64,000 bases of DNA from an uncultured Acidobacteriota bacterium (lineage in GTDB: Bacteria > Acidobacteriota > UBA6911), in the NCBI GenBank assembly GCA_963843575.1, contig CAWJKZ010000021.1:158962-222961 (forward strand), read 5' to 3'. Positions 42,455 through 52,011 of this stretch are shown here, one piece after another. Positions within the stretch are counted from its first letter, which is position 1. Every line of letters begins with the position of its first letter. The notes beneath the pieces are model-generated. The model saw only the letters and a program-made list of their open reading frames with translations. It had not been told where the DNA came from and searched no databases. The translations under genes and the position numbers were made by a program.

Positions 42455-45049
42455 GTGAGGCTCACTTTTCGGAAGAAGGATCCTGAACCCGTTCACGCGC
42501 ACCCCGAGCCTCCTTCGCGCCGCTTCTTCCGCTTCCGCGTCCCCGGCGGGCGCGAGATCCGCCTCTCCGGCACCGCGCTGGCCGCGTTTTTGATCGCGCT
42601 GCTGGCCGTGTTGTCCGTGTTGGGTGCGGGCACGTACCTCTACGTCCGCTTCGACAGGCTCATCGACGAGCTCCTTGCGGGCAACATCTACCAGAACACG
42701 TCGCGCGTCTTTGCCGCTCCCGGGAGAATTGCCGCGGGCGAGGTGCTCACGGCGGCTGAACTGGTTCACTATCTCCAGGGTGCCGGGTACGCAGACTCGC
42801 GGGATGGCGGCCCGCTCGGGCGCTACGCGTATGTCGGGGGTGCGCTGGAGATTCGACCGGGGAGCGGCTCGTGGTTCGCGGGGAAGAACGGCATCCGGGT
42901 CGAGTTCGCCGGCCGCCGTATCTCGCGCATCTCCAGCCTCGTTAATGGCGCCCGGCTCAACGCCGCCGAAATCGAGCCCGAGATGATCACGAGCCTTTTC
43001 GACGTGGCGCGCGAGAAGCGGCGACTCGTCCGGTTCGAAGATCTCCCGGCGGCGCTGGTCGACGCGGTCCTGTCGACGGAAGACCGCCGCTTCTTCAATC
43101 ACCCCGGCCTGGACTTCTTCCGGGTGCTCGGGGCCGCCTGGGTGGATCTGCGCCGCGGCGAGAAAGCGCAGGGCGCCAGCACGATCACGATGCAGGTCGC
43201 GCGCAGCTTCTTTTTCACTTCGCGCCGGGAATGGGGCCGCAAGCTGCGCGAGACCGTCATGGCCCTGCTGCTGGAGCAACGCTTCAACAAGAAGCAGATC
43301 TTCGAGCTGTACGCCAACCAGATCTACCTGGGGAACCGCGCCAGCTTCGCAATCCGCGGTTTCGGCGAGGCGGCGATGGCCTATTTCGGAAAGGACGTCC
43401 AGCGGCTGGATTTGGCAGAATGCGCCTTCCTGGCCGGTATCATCAGGGCGCCCAACCGATACTCGTCGGCCGAACGCAGGCCGGAACGGGCCGCCGAGGC
43501 TCGCGACCGGGTGCTCGCCCGGATGGAGGAGAACGGCAAGCTGCGGCCCGGAGACGCCAAGGTGGCTCGCAGGGCTCCGCTGCGCATTGTCACGAGCGCC
43601 ACGGTCGGCAACTCGGCCGGGTATTTCGTGGATTTGGTGAAAGACGACCTCCTGGACCGCTATTCGGAGAACGAACTCATCTCCGAAAGCTACCGGATCT
43701 ACACGACCTTCGACTACGACCTTCAGCGCGTGGCGGCGCAAGCCGTGGAGTGGGGGATGAAAAACGTCGATGCGCAGCTCGCGCGCAAGTACGACGCGTG
43801 GCGCCGGCAAGGGGCGGACGTTCCCGCGGCTCAGGTGGCGCTGGTCGTGATCGACCCGTCGACCGGGGAAGTCCGAGCCCTGGTCGGGGGCCGCGACTAC
43901 GCCCGCAGCCAGCTCGACCGCGCCCTCGCGAAACGTCAGCCGGGCTCCGTGTTCAAGCCGTTTGTCTATGCTGCGGCCTTCGAGAGCGCCATCGACGGCC
44001 TTACCCCGCTGTTCACGCCGGCGAGCACCGTGGTAGACGAGCCGACGACCTTCGACTTCAAAGGGACCCCGTATGCGCCCGACAACTTCGGGGAGGAGTT
44101 CCGCGGGACGGTCAGCCTCCGCGACGCGCTGACGTATTCCCTCAACGTCGCCACGGTCAAGGTTGCGGAGGCGGTCGGGTACAGGCGCGTGGTCGGTGTG
44201 GCGAGGCGGCTCGGGCTTCCCCCGGACCTGCAGCCCACCCCCGCCGTAGCGCTCGGCGCCTATGAGATGACGCCGCTCGAGGTCGCGGCGGGCTACACCG
44301 TGTTCGCCAACGAGGGGACGCGCTGCGAACCGGTCTTCATCCGCACGGTGCTCGGACGGGACGGCGTCGCGCTCGAACAGGAGGGGTTGCACCGCAAGGC
44401 GGTGCTCGACGGCCGGGTGGCCTACCTGGTCACCAGCATCCTGGAGGACGTTGTCGACCGGGGCACGGGGGCCGGGGTCCGGGCCCGGGGCTTCCGGGCT
44501 CCAGCCGCCGGCAAAACCGGGACGTCTCGCGATGGCTGGTTTGCCGGGTACACCTCCAACCTCCTGTGCGTCGTCTGGGTCGGTTTCGACGACAACCGGG
44601 AGCTCGGTCTTACCGGGTCGGTTTCCGCTGCGCCCATCTGGGCCGAGTTCATGCGCCGCGCGACGGCGCTCCCGCGCTACCGCAACACCCAGCCATTCAC
44701 CCGGCCGGACGGCGTCGTGTTCGAAACCATCGACCCTGAGTCGCAGGAACTCGCGACCGCGGCCTGCCCCTCCGTCCGCCAGGAAGTTTTCATCGCCGGC
44801 ACCGAGCCGACCGAAACGTGCCCGCTGCACCCGGAGGAGTCGCCGGAAAACATCCCCCCGATCTCGTGGTTGTCTAAAATCCTGGGGCGCGGCCACGAGG
44901 ATGCTGCGCGGGAGCAGGCCGCGCAACCCGAGAAGCCCAAGGCCGAAAAAAGAAAGAGAGGATTCTTCAAGCGACTCTTCGGCATCGGCAACGACCGCGA
45001 GGAGGGCCCTCCCGCAGAAAAGGGCGGGGCGCAAGCGGGGCCCGGATGA
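42455..45049 (+). CDS. Class A penicillin-binding protein (PBP1B-like, UB2H-type insert)
   Basis: EDRRFF, GASTITMQ, RKLRE, LYANQIY, RDRVL; SVFK, SLN, KTG. Confidence 0.92.
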   Translation: MRLTFRKKDPEPVHAHPEPPSRRFFRFRVPGGREIRLSGTALAAFLIALLAVLSVLGAGTYLYVRFDRLIDELLAGNIYQNTSRVFAAPGRIAAGEVLTAAELVHYLQGAGYADSRDGGPLGRYAYVGGALEIRPGSGSWFAGKNGIRVEFAGRRISRISSLVNGARLNAAEIEPEMITSLFDVAREKRRLVRFEDLPAALVDAVLSTEDRRFFNHPGLDFFRVLGAAWVDLRRGEKAQGASTITMQVARSFFFTSRREWGRKLRETVMALLLEQRFNKKQIFELYANQIYLGNRASFAIRGFGEAAMAYFGKDVQRLDLAECAFLAGIIRAPNRYSSAERRPERAAEARDRVLARMEENGKLRPGDAKVARRAPLRIVTSATVGNSAGYFVDLVKDDLLDRYSENELISESYRIYTTFDYDLQRVAAQAVEWGMKNVDAQLARKYDAWRRQGADVPAAQVALVVIDPSTGEVRALVGGRDYARSQLDRALAKRQPGSVFKPFVYAAAFESAIDGLTPLFTPASTVVDEPTTFDFKGTPYAPDNFGEEFRGTVSLRDALTYSLNVATVKVAEAVGYRRVVGVARRLGLPPDLQPTPAVALGAYEMTPLEVAAGYTVFANEGTRCEPVFIRTVLGRDGVALEQEGLHRKAVLDGRVAYLVTSILEDVVDRGTGAGVRARGFRAPAAGKTGTSRDGWFAGYTSNLLCVVWVGFDDNRELGLTGSVSAAPIWAEFMRRATALPRYRNTQPFTRPDGVVFETIDPESQELATAACPSVRQEVFIAGTEPTETCPLHPEESPENIPPISWLSKILGRGHEDAAREQAAQPEKPKAEKRKRGFFKRLFGIGNDREEGPPAEKGGAQAGPG

Positions 45050-45084
45050 ACTCAAATCCACACGTGTCGCGTGGTGGACCCGTT

Positions 45085-45167
45085 TGGAGTGCGACGCCTC
45101 GGCGGCCTCGGCGCCGCTTTCCTCATGGTTCCACGGCCGGAATGCCCGGCGCCTCGGCGCCGCACCC
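45085..45167. repeat. GGAGTGC-family REP-like element, downstream of mutS2
   Basis: TGGAGTGCGACGCCTCGGCGGCCTCGGCGCCGCTTT...CCCGGCGCCTCGGCGCCGCACCC. Confidence 0.75.
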
Positions 45168-45184
45168 CAGACTGTGGGTGGCTG

Positions 45185-47569
45185 CTACTTGCGCATTTCG
45201 ACCACCGTGGCGCCGCCGCCCCCTTTTTCGGGTGCGGCAAGGGCGAAACGCTCGACCTGGGGATGGCCTTTGAGCAGCTGCGCGATCGCTCGGCGCAGGA
45301 TCCCCTTGCCATGGCCGTGGATGATGCGGACAGTGTCCGCCCCGGCGACAAACGCCTCGTCGAGAAACTTGTCGACCCGGTCGGTCGCCTCGTCGGCCGT
45401 CATGCCGATGACGTTGGCCTCGCGCTCAAACTCCTCGTCGATGTTGACGTCGGGCCCCGAGGCGTGAAATCCGGGGCGCGGCGCTGCGGTGCCGGCCGCC
45501 GGTTGAAGCGGGACGATTTCTTCCGGCCTGAGGCGGAATTTCAACGAACCCACCAGTACGGTGCAGGTGTCGTCCTGCGTCGAATCGACCACCCCTTCCT
45601 TGCCGAGCGACGGAATCCGCACCCGGGTCCCCTCGCGGAGGTCCGCGACGTGAAAGGTGGGCGCCGCGGGCACGCCCGCGCCGGTGTCGGCGCCGGGCCC
45701 CTGTTTCAGCCGCTCTGCGGTGCGGCGCAGTTCGGCTGAGCGGCTGGCTGCGGCCTTGCTGAGGCGCTGGGCTTCGACCCGGTCCTTCAGGTCGCGGACG
45801 AGACGCTCGCTTTGCGCGGTGAAGCCGGCGATCACGCGGGCGAGTTCCTGCTCGAATTCGCGGTGCCTTTCGGCCTCGCGGCGGGCGAACTCCAGATCGA
45901 GCCGGGCGTATTCCCGCGCCGCCGCCTCACGCTCCTGCTCCAGGGCGGCGCGCAACTGTTCCTGGTCGTCGACGGAGGCCTTCAGCTTCCTGAGGTAGGC
46001 GCCGGCCTCGGTGTGCGCGGGATCGATACGGGCCTTGGCCTCGTCGAGGATGACCGGCGGGATGTTCATGCGGCGGGCGATCTCGAGCCCTGCCGATGCG
46101 CCGGCCACCCCGACCATCAGCCTGTAGGTCGGCCGCAGCGTGCGCTCGTCGAACTCCACCGACGCGTTCAGCACGCCCTCGGCCTGCGCCGCCCAGATTT
46201 TGAGACCCGAGTAGTGGGTGGTGGCGACCGTGGTGGCCCCGGCACGGCGGAAGAAATCGACGATGGCCACGGCCAGCGCCGCCCCCTCGTCCGGGTCGGT
46301 CCCGGTCCCGACCTCGTCCAGCAGCAGCAGCGCCGGCGGGGCGACGCGCTCGGCCATGTCGGCGATGTTGCGCATGTGCGCCGTGAAGGTCGACAGGTTG
46401 GCCGCGATCGACTGCTGGTCGCCGATGTCGGCAAACACCTGGTCGAAAACCGGGAGCACCGCCTCGCAGGCGGGCACGTGCAGACCCATTTGCGCCATCA
46501 GGACGGCAAGCCCCACCGTCTTGAGCACCACGGTCTTTCCCCCGGCATTCGGCCCGCTGATGACGACGACCTGGTGTGACTCGTCGAGGTCCAGCGTGAT
46601 GGGGACCGCGGTCGCCCCGGAGACCCGCAGGGCGCGCTCGAGCAGAACATGGCGGACATCGGCGAGGCGCAGCGCCGTGCCTTGGGCCAGCCGCGGCCGC
46701 ACGCAGCGGAACTCGGCGGAAAGTCTCCCTTTTGCCTGGGAGAAGTCCACCAGCGCGACGGCGTCCCGGACAGCGGCAATCTCGGCGGCGTGCAGCCGGA
46801 GGGCCTCGCTGATGGAGAAGAGAATGCGGGCAATCTCCGCCTCCTCCTGCTCGCGCAGCCGCACGAGCTCGTTGTTCTGCTCGATGGCCGCAAGGGGTTC
46901 GACGAAAGTCGTCTGCCCGCTGGAAGACAGGCCGTGCACCACACCCGGGACCTGGTGGCGCGCGTCGGTGCGGATCGGGATGACGAAGCGGCCGTTACGA
47001 AACGTGACGAGATCGTCCTGGACTGCCCGCGTCTGCGCCTTGAGGATGGAGTCCAGGCTTCGAAAGATGCGCGTGCGGGCTTCCCCGAGCTCGCGCCGTA
47101 TCGCCCTGAGCTCGGGGCTCGCGTTCTCGTCGATCTCTCCCCCGGGAAGGATCTTTCCCCGGATCGAGCCGAGCAGCCGCCGCAGATCGGGGATGCTGCC
47201 GGAGAGACGGGACAGCTCGGGGTAGAGTTCGAGCGCCTCGGCGCCCCGGAACTGCTCGCGCAGGCCGAGCCCGACCGAGACCAGCCGCTCCAGCTGGAGT
47301 ATCTGCAGCGGTTCGAGGCTCGTGCCTTCGATCTGCAGCTTGGCCAGGGCCGCTTCCGGGTCCTCGATGCCGGCGAACCCGAATCGTTCGCCGGAGTTCA
47401 GGTAGCGCGCGCACTCGGTGGTGAGCTCCTGCCCCAGCTCGATTTCAGCCCGATCGGACGACGGCCGCTGCGCCGCGACGAGCCGGCGGCCGAGCGGCGT
47501 CTGGGCGTGCCCGGCCAGCAAATCGAGGAGAGAGTGCAGCTCGAGCGTGGAAAAGGTGCGTTGGTCCAT
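45185..47569 (-). CDS. mutS2: Endonuclease MutS2
   Basis: GPNAGGKTVVLK, DIGDQQSI, LSTF, LDEVGTGTDP.EG, TTHY, Smr domain IIHGHGKG.LR. Confidence 0.95.
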   Translation of the reverse strand: MDQRTFSTLELHSLLDLLAGHAQTPLGRRLVAAQRPSSDRAEIELGQELTTECARYLNSGERFGFAGIEDPEAALAKLQIEGTSLEPLQILQLERLVSVGLGLREQFRGAEALELYPELSRLSGSIPDLRRLLGSIRGKILPGGEIDENASPELRAIRRELGEARTRIFRSLDSILKAQTRAVQDDLVTFRNGRFVIPIRTDARHQVPGVVHGLSSSGQTTFVEPLAAIEQNNELVRLREQEEAEIARILFSISEALRLHAAEIAAVRDAVALVDFSQAKGRLSAEFRCVRPRLAQGTALRLADVRHVLLERALRVSGATAVPITLDLDESHQVVVISGPNAGGKTVVLKTVGLAVLMAQMGLHVPACEAVLPVFDQVFADIGDQQSIAANLSTFTAHMRNIADMAERVAPPALLLLDEVGTGTDPDEGAALAVAIVDFFRRAGATTVATTHYSGLKIWAAQAEGVLNASVEFDERTLRPTYRLMVGVAGASAGLEIARRMNIPPVILDEAKARIDPAHTEAGAYLRKLKASVDDQEQLRAALEQEREAAAREYARLDLEFARREAERHREFEQELARVIAGFTAQSERLVRDLKDRVEAQRLSKAAASRSAELRRTAERLKQGPGADTGAGVPAAPTFHVADLREGTRVRIPSLGKEGVVDSTQDDTCTVLVGSLKFRLRPEEIVPLQPAAGTAAPRPGFHASGPDVNIDEEFEREANVIGMTADEATDRVDKFLDEAFVAGADTVRIIHGHGKGILRRAIAQLLKGHPQVERFALAAPEKGGGGATVVEMRK

Positions 47570-47609
47570 GCGGAACCTTACTTAGAAACGGGGCGGGCGG
47601 TCAAGTGTG

Positions 47610-47692
47610 TGGAGTGCAGCGCCTCGGCGGCCTCGGCGCCGCTTTCTCGGTGCGTCCTACGGCCGAATTACCCGGCGCCTCGGCGCCACACC
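47610..47692. repeat. GGAGTGC-family REP-like element, upstream of mutS2
   Basis: TGGAGTGCAGCGCCTCGGCGGCCTCGGCGCCGCTTT...CCCGGCGCCTCGGCGCCACACC; a further inverted unit at 47724-47748. Confidence 0.75.
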
Positions 47693-47813
47693 GAACCTCG
47701 CCGTGCCCTTACTGCTCGACGCGCGGCGCCGTCGAGCCGCCGCGCTCCTGGCCTGCCTTGCTCCTTGTGCAAGAAAGCGTTAGTCTGTGACAACAAAGTG
47801 TGGAGCCGCCGAT

Positions 47814-49187
47814 ATGCCTGCGAGCAGGAAAATCGTGATCATGGGGGCCGCGGGGAGGGATTTTCACAACTTCAACCTCTGTTTCCGCAATAACCCGGCG
47901 TACCGTGTCGAAGCATTCACCGCTTTTCAGATCCCGAACATCTCGGGCCGCACCTATCCGCCGGGACTCGCCGGCGAGGGGTATCCGGAGGGGATCCCGA
48001 TCTATCCCGAAGCCGATCTCCCGGGGCTGATCCGGGACAAGGGGATCCAGGAGGTGGTCTTCGCCTACAGCGACGTCTCGTACGCCGACCTCATGCACAA
48101 GGCGTCGCTGGTCAACGCCGCCGGCGCGGATTTCCGGCTCTTGGGCGCGGCGGGCACGATGCTCCGGGCGGGGAAGCCGGTGGTGGCGGTCTGCGCCGTC
48201 CGGACGGGATGCGGGAAGAGCCAGACGTCGCGGCGCGTTGCGGAGCTGCTGCGTGGACGCGGCAAATCGGTGGTGGTCGTGCGCCACCCCATGCCGTACG
48301 GCGACCTGAACGCGCAACGCTGCCAGCGTTACGAGGCGCTCGCGGACCTGGACCGGCACCGCTGCACGATCGAGGAGCGCGAAGAATACGAGTCCCACAT
48401 CCTGCAGGGAAACATCCTCTACGCGGGGGTGGACTACGAGGAAATCCTGCGCAGCGCCGAAAAGGAGGCCGACATCATTCTCTGGGACGGCGGCAACAAC
48501 GACCTGCCGTTCTTCCGCCCGGACCTGCACATCGTGCTGGTGGACCCGCACCGACCCGGTCACGAGCTGCGCTACTACCCGGGGGAGACCAACCTGCGGA
48601 TGGCGGATGTGGTGATCGTGAGCAAGTCGGGGAGCGCGACGGCGGCGGGTGTGGAGGAGGTGACCGCGAACGCTAGAGGCGCGAACCCGCGGGCCCTGTT
48701 GATCCGCGCCGACTCGATCCTGCACGTCCAGGACGAGACGGCTATTCGCGGCAGGCGAGTGCTGGTGGTCGAGGACGGCCCGACCCTGACGCACGGCGAG
48801 ATGACTTACGGCGCGGCGCACCTGGCGGCGCGGCAGTTCGGAGCGGCCGAGATCGTTGACCCGCGGCCCTACGCGGTGCGCTCGATGCGTGAGACCTTCG
48901 CTCGGTATCCCCACCTGGTCGACGTGCTCCCGGCCATGGGATATGGCGACGAGCAGGTCCGGGACCTCCAGGAGTCCATCGACGCCGTCCCGTGCGACCT
49001 CGTGCTGGTCGGCACCCCGCTCGACCTGGGGCGGCTGATCGAGACCCGACATCCGATGCTGCGCGTGACCTACAGCCTCGACGCGGTTGCGTCGGAAGCG
49101 CTGGACCGGGTGCTGGGACAGTTCCTATCCAGTCCGTTGGAGACAAGAGGCGACCATGCGGAAAAAGGACTTTCTCTCCATCCGTGA
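47814..49187 (+). CDS. P-loop ATP-dependent ligase of the cPGS-like/COG2403 family; probable arginine synthetase (ArcE)
   Basis: IMGAAGRDFHNFN, AFQIPNI.GR.YP..LAG..YP.GIPI, AVRTGCGKS, RHPMPYG, TIEEREEYE, WDGGNND, EDGPT.THG, PAMGY; first gene of an OTC/carbamate kinase operon. Confidence 0.8.
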   Translation: MPASRKIVIMGAAGRDFHNFNLCFRNNPAYRVEAFTAFQIPNISGRTYPPGLAGEGYPEGIPIYPEADLPGLIRDKGIQEVVFAYSDVSYADLMHKASLVNAAGADFRLLGAAGTMLRAGKPVVAVCAVRTGCGKSQTSRRVAELLRGRGKSVVVVRHPMPYGDLNAQRCQRYEALADLDRHRCTIEEREEYESHILQGNILYAGVDYEEILRSAEKEADIILWDGGNNDLPFFRPDLHIVLVDPHRPGHELRYYPGETNLRMADVVIVSKSGSATAAGVEEVTANARGANPRALLIRADSILHVQDETAIRGRRVLVVEDGPTLTHGEMTYGAAHLAARQFGAAEIVDPRPYAVRSMRETFARYPHLVDVLPAMGYGDEQVRDLQESIDAVPCDLVLVGTPLDLGRLIETRHPMLRVTYSLDAVASEALDRVLGQFLSSPLETRGDHAEKGLSLHP

Positions 49188-50073
49188 TCAGTCCACGGAC
49201 GAGCTGCGCGACACGCTCATCAACGCCTTTGCGGTCAAATCGGATCCGCTGAAGTACTCGGATGCGCTCAGGGGGAAGGCTCTGGCCATGATTTTCGAGA
49301 AGCCTTCCCTGCGGACTCGGGTGACCTTCGATGTCGGCATACACCAGTTGGGCGGCTTTTCCGTCTACCTCTCGCCCGGCGAGATCAACCTGGGCAAGCG
49401 CGAACCGGTGGGCGACGTGGCCCGCAACCTCGAGCGCATGGTGCAGGGGATCATGATCCGCACGTTCAGCCACCGGATCGTGGAGGAAATGGCGGCGTGC
49501 GCGTCGGTCCCTGTGATCAACGGCCTCACCGACTTCAGCCACCCCTGCCAGGCGGTGGCCGACTACATGACCATGATCGAGTGCAAGGGGGAACTGAGCG
49601 GCCTGAAGCTGGCCTATCTCGGGGACGGCAACAACGTGGCCAACTCGCTGATGTTCGGCGCTGCCCTGCTGGGTGTGCACATCGTCGTCGCCGCCCCGCG
49701 CGGCTACGAGCCGAGGACAGAGGTGCTCGAGTGGGCGCGCGCGCACGCACCGGCCTCGGGGAGCAGGATCGAGGTCACGGACGATCCCGAACAAGCCGCC
49801 GCCGGCGCCGACGTGCTCTACACGGACGTCTGGGCGAGCATGGGCCAGGAGGACGAGGCGGCGGAGCGGCGGCGGAGCTTTCAGCCATACCAGGTCTCCG
49901 AGCGCCTGTTCGAGCTGGCCAGGCCCGACGCGATCTTCATGCACTGCCTCCCCGCTCATCGGGACGAAGAAGTCAGCGCGGGGGTGATCGACTCGCCCCG
50001 ATCCGTCGTCTTCCAGCAGGCGGAAAACCGGCTCCACGCGCAGAAGGCGATCATGCTGGGCGTCATGGGTTGA
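49156..50073 (+). CDS. argF: Ornithine carbamoyltransferase
   Basis: FEKPSLRTR, IRT, NGLTDFSHPCQ, GDGNNV, DVWASMGQE, MHCLP, QAENRLH. Confidence 0.93.
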   Translation: MRKKDFLSIRDQSTDELRDTLINAFAVKSDPLKYSDALRGKALAMIFEKPSLRTRVTFDVGIHQLGGFSVYLSPGEINLGKREPVGDVARNLERMVQGIMIRTFSHRIVEEMAACASVPVINGLTDFSHPCQAVADYMTMIECKGELSGLKLAYLGDGNNVANSLMFGAALLGVHIVVAAPRGYEPRTEVLEWARAHAPASGSRIEVTDDPEQAAAGADVLYTDVWASMGQEDEAAERRRSFQPYQVSERLFELARPDAIFMHCLPAHRDEEVSAGVIDSPRSVVFQQAENRLHAQKAIMLGVMG

Positions 50074-50082
50074 GGTGAATCC

Positions 50083-51045
50083 GTGGCTAGATCCGCGCTG
50101 GTCGCAGTAGGCGGAAATTCGCTCGTCCGTGCGGGAGAGCAGGGGGCGGTCCGTGAGCAGGTTGCCAACGCGCGCCGCATCAGCCGTGCGATCGCCGCGC
50201 TCCTGCGGGAAGGGCTCGACGTGGTCGTCACGCACGGCAACGGGCCGCAGGTGGGGGCCGCACTGCTCCGCTCGGAAAGAGCCTCCGGCCAGGTGTACGA
50301 ACAGGGCCTCGACGTGTGCGTCGCCGCCACCCAGGGCGAGATAGGCTACATCCTTCAGCAGGCGCTCGGGTACGAAATCCGCCGCCAGGGGATCGACAGG
50401 CCGGTGACCACCATCCTGACCCAGGTCGTGGTGGGCGTGGACGACCCCGCCTTCCTGCACCCCACGAAACCCGTCGGGCCCTTTTACTCGCGCACCGCGG
50501 CCGAGGAAAAGGCGCGCCGGCTGGGGTGGATCATGGTCGAGGACGCCGCCCGGGGCTACCGGCGCGTGGTCCCCTCGCCGCGCCCCCTGGAGATCGTCGA
50601 AGAGGACGTGATCCGCAGGATGCTCTCAATGGGGATGCTGGTGATCGCGCTGGGCGGGGGAGGTATCCCGGTGGTGCGCGAAGAGGGCGCGCTCCGCGGG
50701 GTCGACGCCGTGATCGACAAGGACCGTGCCTCCCTGCTGCTCGGCTCGCGCCTGCCGGTCGATCTCCTCGTCTTCGCCACCGACGCCGACCGCGTCTACC
50801 TCGACTACCGGAAGCCCGGCCAGCGGCCGCTGACCCGCGTGTTTGCGCGGCAGATGCGCGCCTACCTGGCCGCCGGCCAGTTCCCGCCCGGGAACATGGG
50901 GCCCAAGATCGAAGCGGCGCTCGAATTCCTGGCGCTCGGGGGGAAGGAAGCCATCGTCGCCTCCCACGAGCACCTCGTGGCCGCCGTCCACGGCGAGGCC
51001 GGCACCCGGATCCTGCCCGACAACTCCGAGGAGCGCAATCCATGA
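50083..51045 (+). CDS. arcC: Carbamate kinase
   Basis: VAVGGNSL, THGNGPQVG, ATQGEIGY, DPAF..PTKPVGPFY, RRVVPSP, GGGGIPV, VIDKD, MGPKIEAA. Confidence 0.95.
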   Translation: MARSALVAVGGNSLVRAGEQGAVREQVANARRISRAIAALLREGLDVVVTHGNGPQVGAALLRSERASGQVYEQGLDVCVAATQGEIGYILQQALGYEIRRQGIDRPVTTILTQVVVGVDDPAFLHPTKPVGPFYSRTAAEEKARRLGWIMVEDAARGYRRVVPSPRPLEIVEEDVIRRMLSMGMLVIALGGGGIPVVREEGALRGVDAVIDKDRASLLLGSRLPVDLLVFATDADRVYLDYRKPGQRPLTRVFARQMRAYLAAGQFPPGNMGPKIEAALEFLALGGKEAIVASHEHLVAAVHGEAGTRILPDNSEERNP

Positions 51046-51956
51046 AGCTCCGTCACGTCATTCAGTCTCAACAGTTCACCGTACCCCTCCTGATGGAGCT
51101 CTTCGACCGCACCCGCGCCATGGAGCGCGTCGTGCGCCGGGGCGGGACGCAGGATTACCAGAACAAAATCATGGCGACCCTGTTCTACCAACCCTCGACG
51201 CGCACGCGCTTCTCGTTCGAAGCCGCGATGTACCGCCTGGGGGGAAAAGTGTTTTCCACCGAGCAGGCCCGCTACTTCTCCTCGGAGGTCGAGGGAGAGC
51301 AGCTGGAAGACACGATCCGCACGATCTCCGGCTACTCCGATGTCATCGTGATCCGCCACTCTGAGGTGGGGGGAGCGGCGCGCGCGGCGGCTGTGTCACG
51401 GGTGCCGGTGATCAACGCCGGCGACGCCAACGGCGGGCAGCACCCCACGCAGGCCCTGCTGGACCTTTACACGATATTCCGCGAACGCCGCACGCTCGAC
51501 GGACTCAGCATCGCCATCATCGGGGACCTCGAACGCGGCCGCACCGCCCGCTCCCTGGCCTACCTGTTGAGCAAATTCGACCGAGTGAAGATCTGGTTCG
51601 TAAGCCCGCCCGAGCTTCAGATGGCGCGCGACATCCTGGACTACCTCGAGGAAAACGACGTGTGGTACGGGCTCGAACCCGACATGGACCGCGTGCTCGG
51701 GCACGTCGACGTCGTCTACCTGACCCAGATCCGCCCGGCCCGCCTCAAGGAGCAGCAGGGGGCGCTCAAGTACACGATCGATGCCTCGGTACTTCGTTGT
51801 CTGCGGCCCGACGCCCTGATCCTGCACCCCCTCCCGCGGACCGCGGAACTGGACAAGGCTGTCGACGAAGACCCCCGCGCGTGCTACTTCCGGCAGGCGG
51901 CCAACGGCCTGTTCGTGCGGATGGCGCTGCTGACAATGGTGCTCGAGGACGCCTGA
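51042..51956 (+). CDS. Aspartate carbamoyltransferase-like transcarbamylase with altered amino-acid-binding residues
   Basis: [40 protein letters not shown]...RMALL; SSEVEGE and TQIRPAR where ATCases have SS..KGE and TRIQ.ER. Confidence 0.85.
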   Translation: MKLRHVIQSQQFTVPLLMELFDRTRAMERVVRRGGTQDYQNKIMATLFYQPSTRTRFSFEAAMYRLGGKVFSTEQARYFSSEVEGEQLEDTIRTISGYSDVIVIRHSEVGGAARAAAVSRVPVINAGDANGGQHPTQALLDLYTIFRERRTLDGLSIAIIGDLERGRTARSLAYLLSKFDRVKIWFVSPPELQMARDILDYLEENDVWYGLEPDMDRVLGHVDVVYLTQIRPARLKEQQGALKYTIDASVLRCLRPDALILHPLPRTAELDKAVDEDPRACYFRQAANGLFVRMALLTMVLEDA

Positions 51957-52011
51957 GGCTTCCGGCCAACGGCCCCCTCCCAGCGCACCCGGTGTTGGAG
52001 AGGAGAATGCC

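Noticed and set aside
42443-45061. 872-aa antisense ORF and similar long shadow ORFs (e.g. 62217..63929, 969..2519)
   Set aside because: They mirror real high-GC3 genes on the opposite strand and have no recognisable motifs.
47814-49187. Literal annotation as cyclic 2,3-diphosphoglycerate synthase
   Set aside because: The OTC/carbamate kinase context fits arginine synthetase, and no 2-phosphoglycerate kinase is adjacent.
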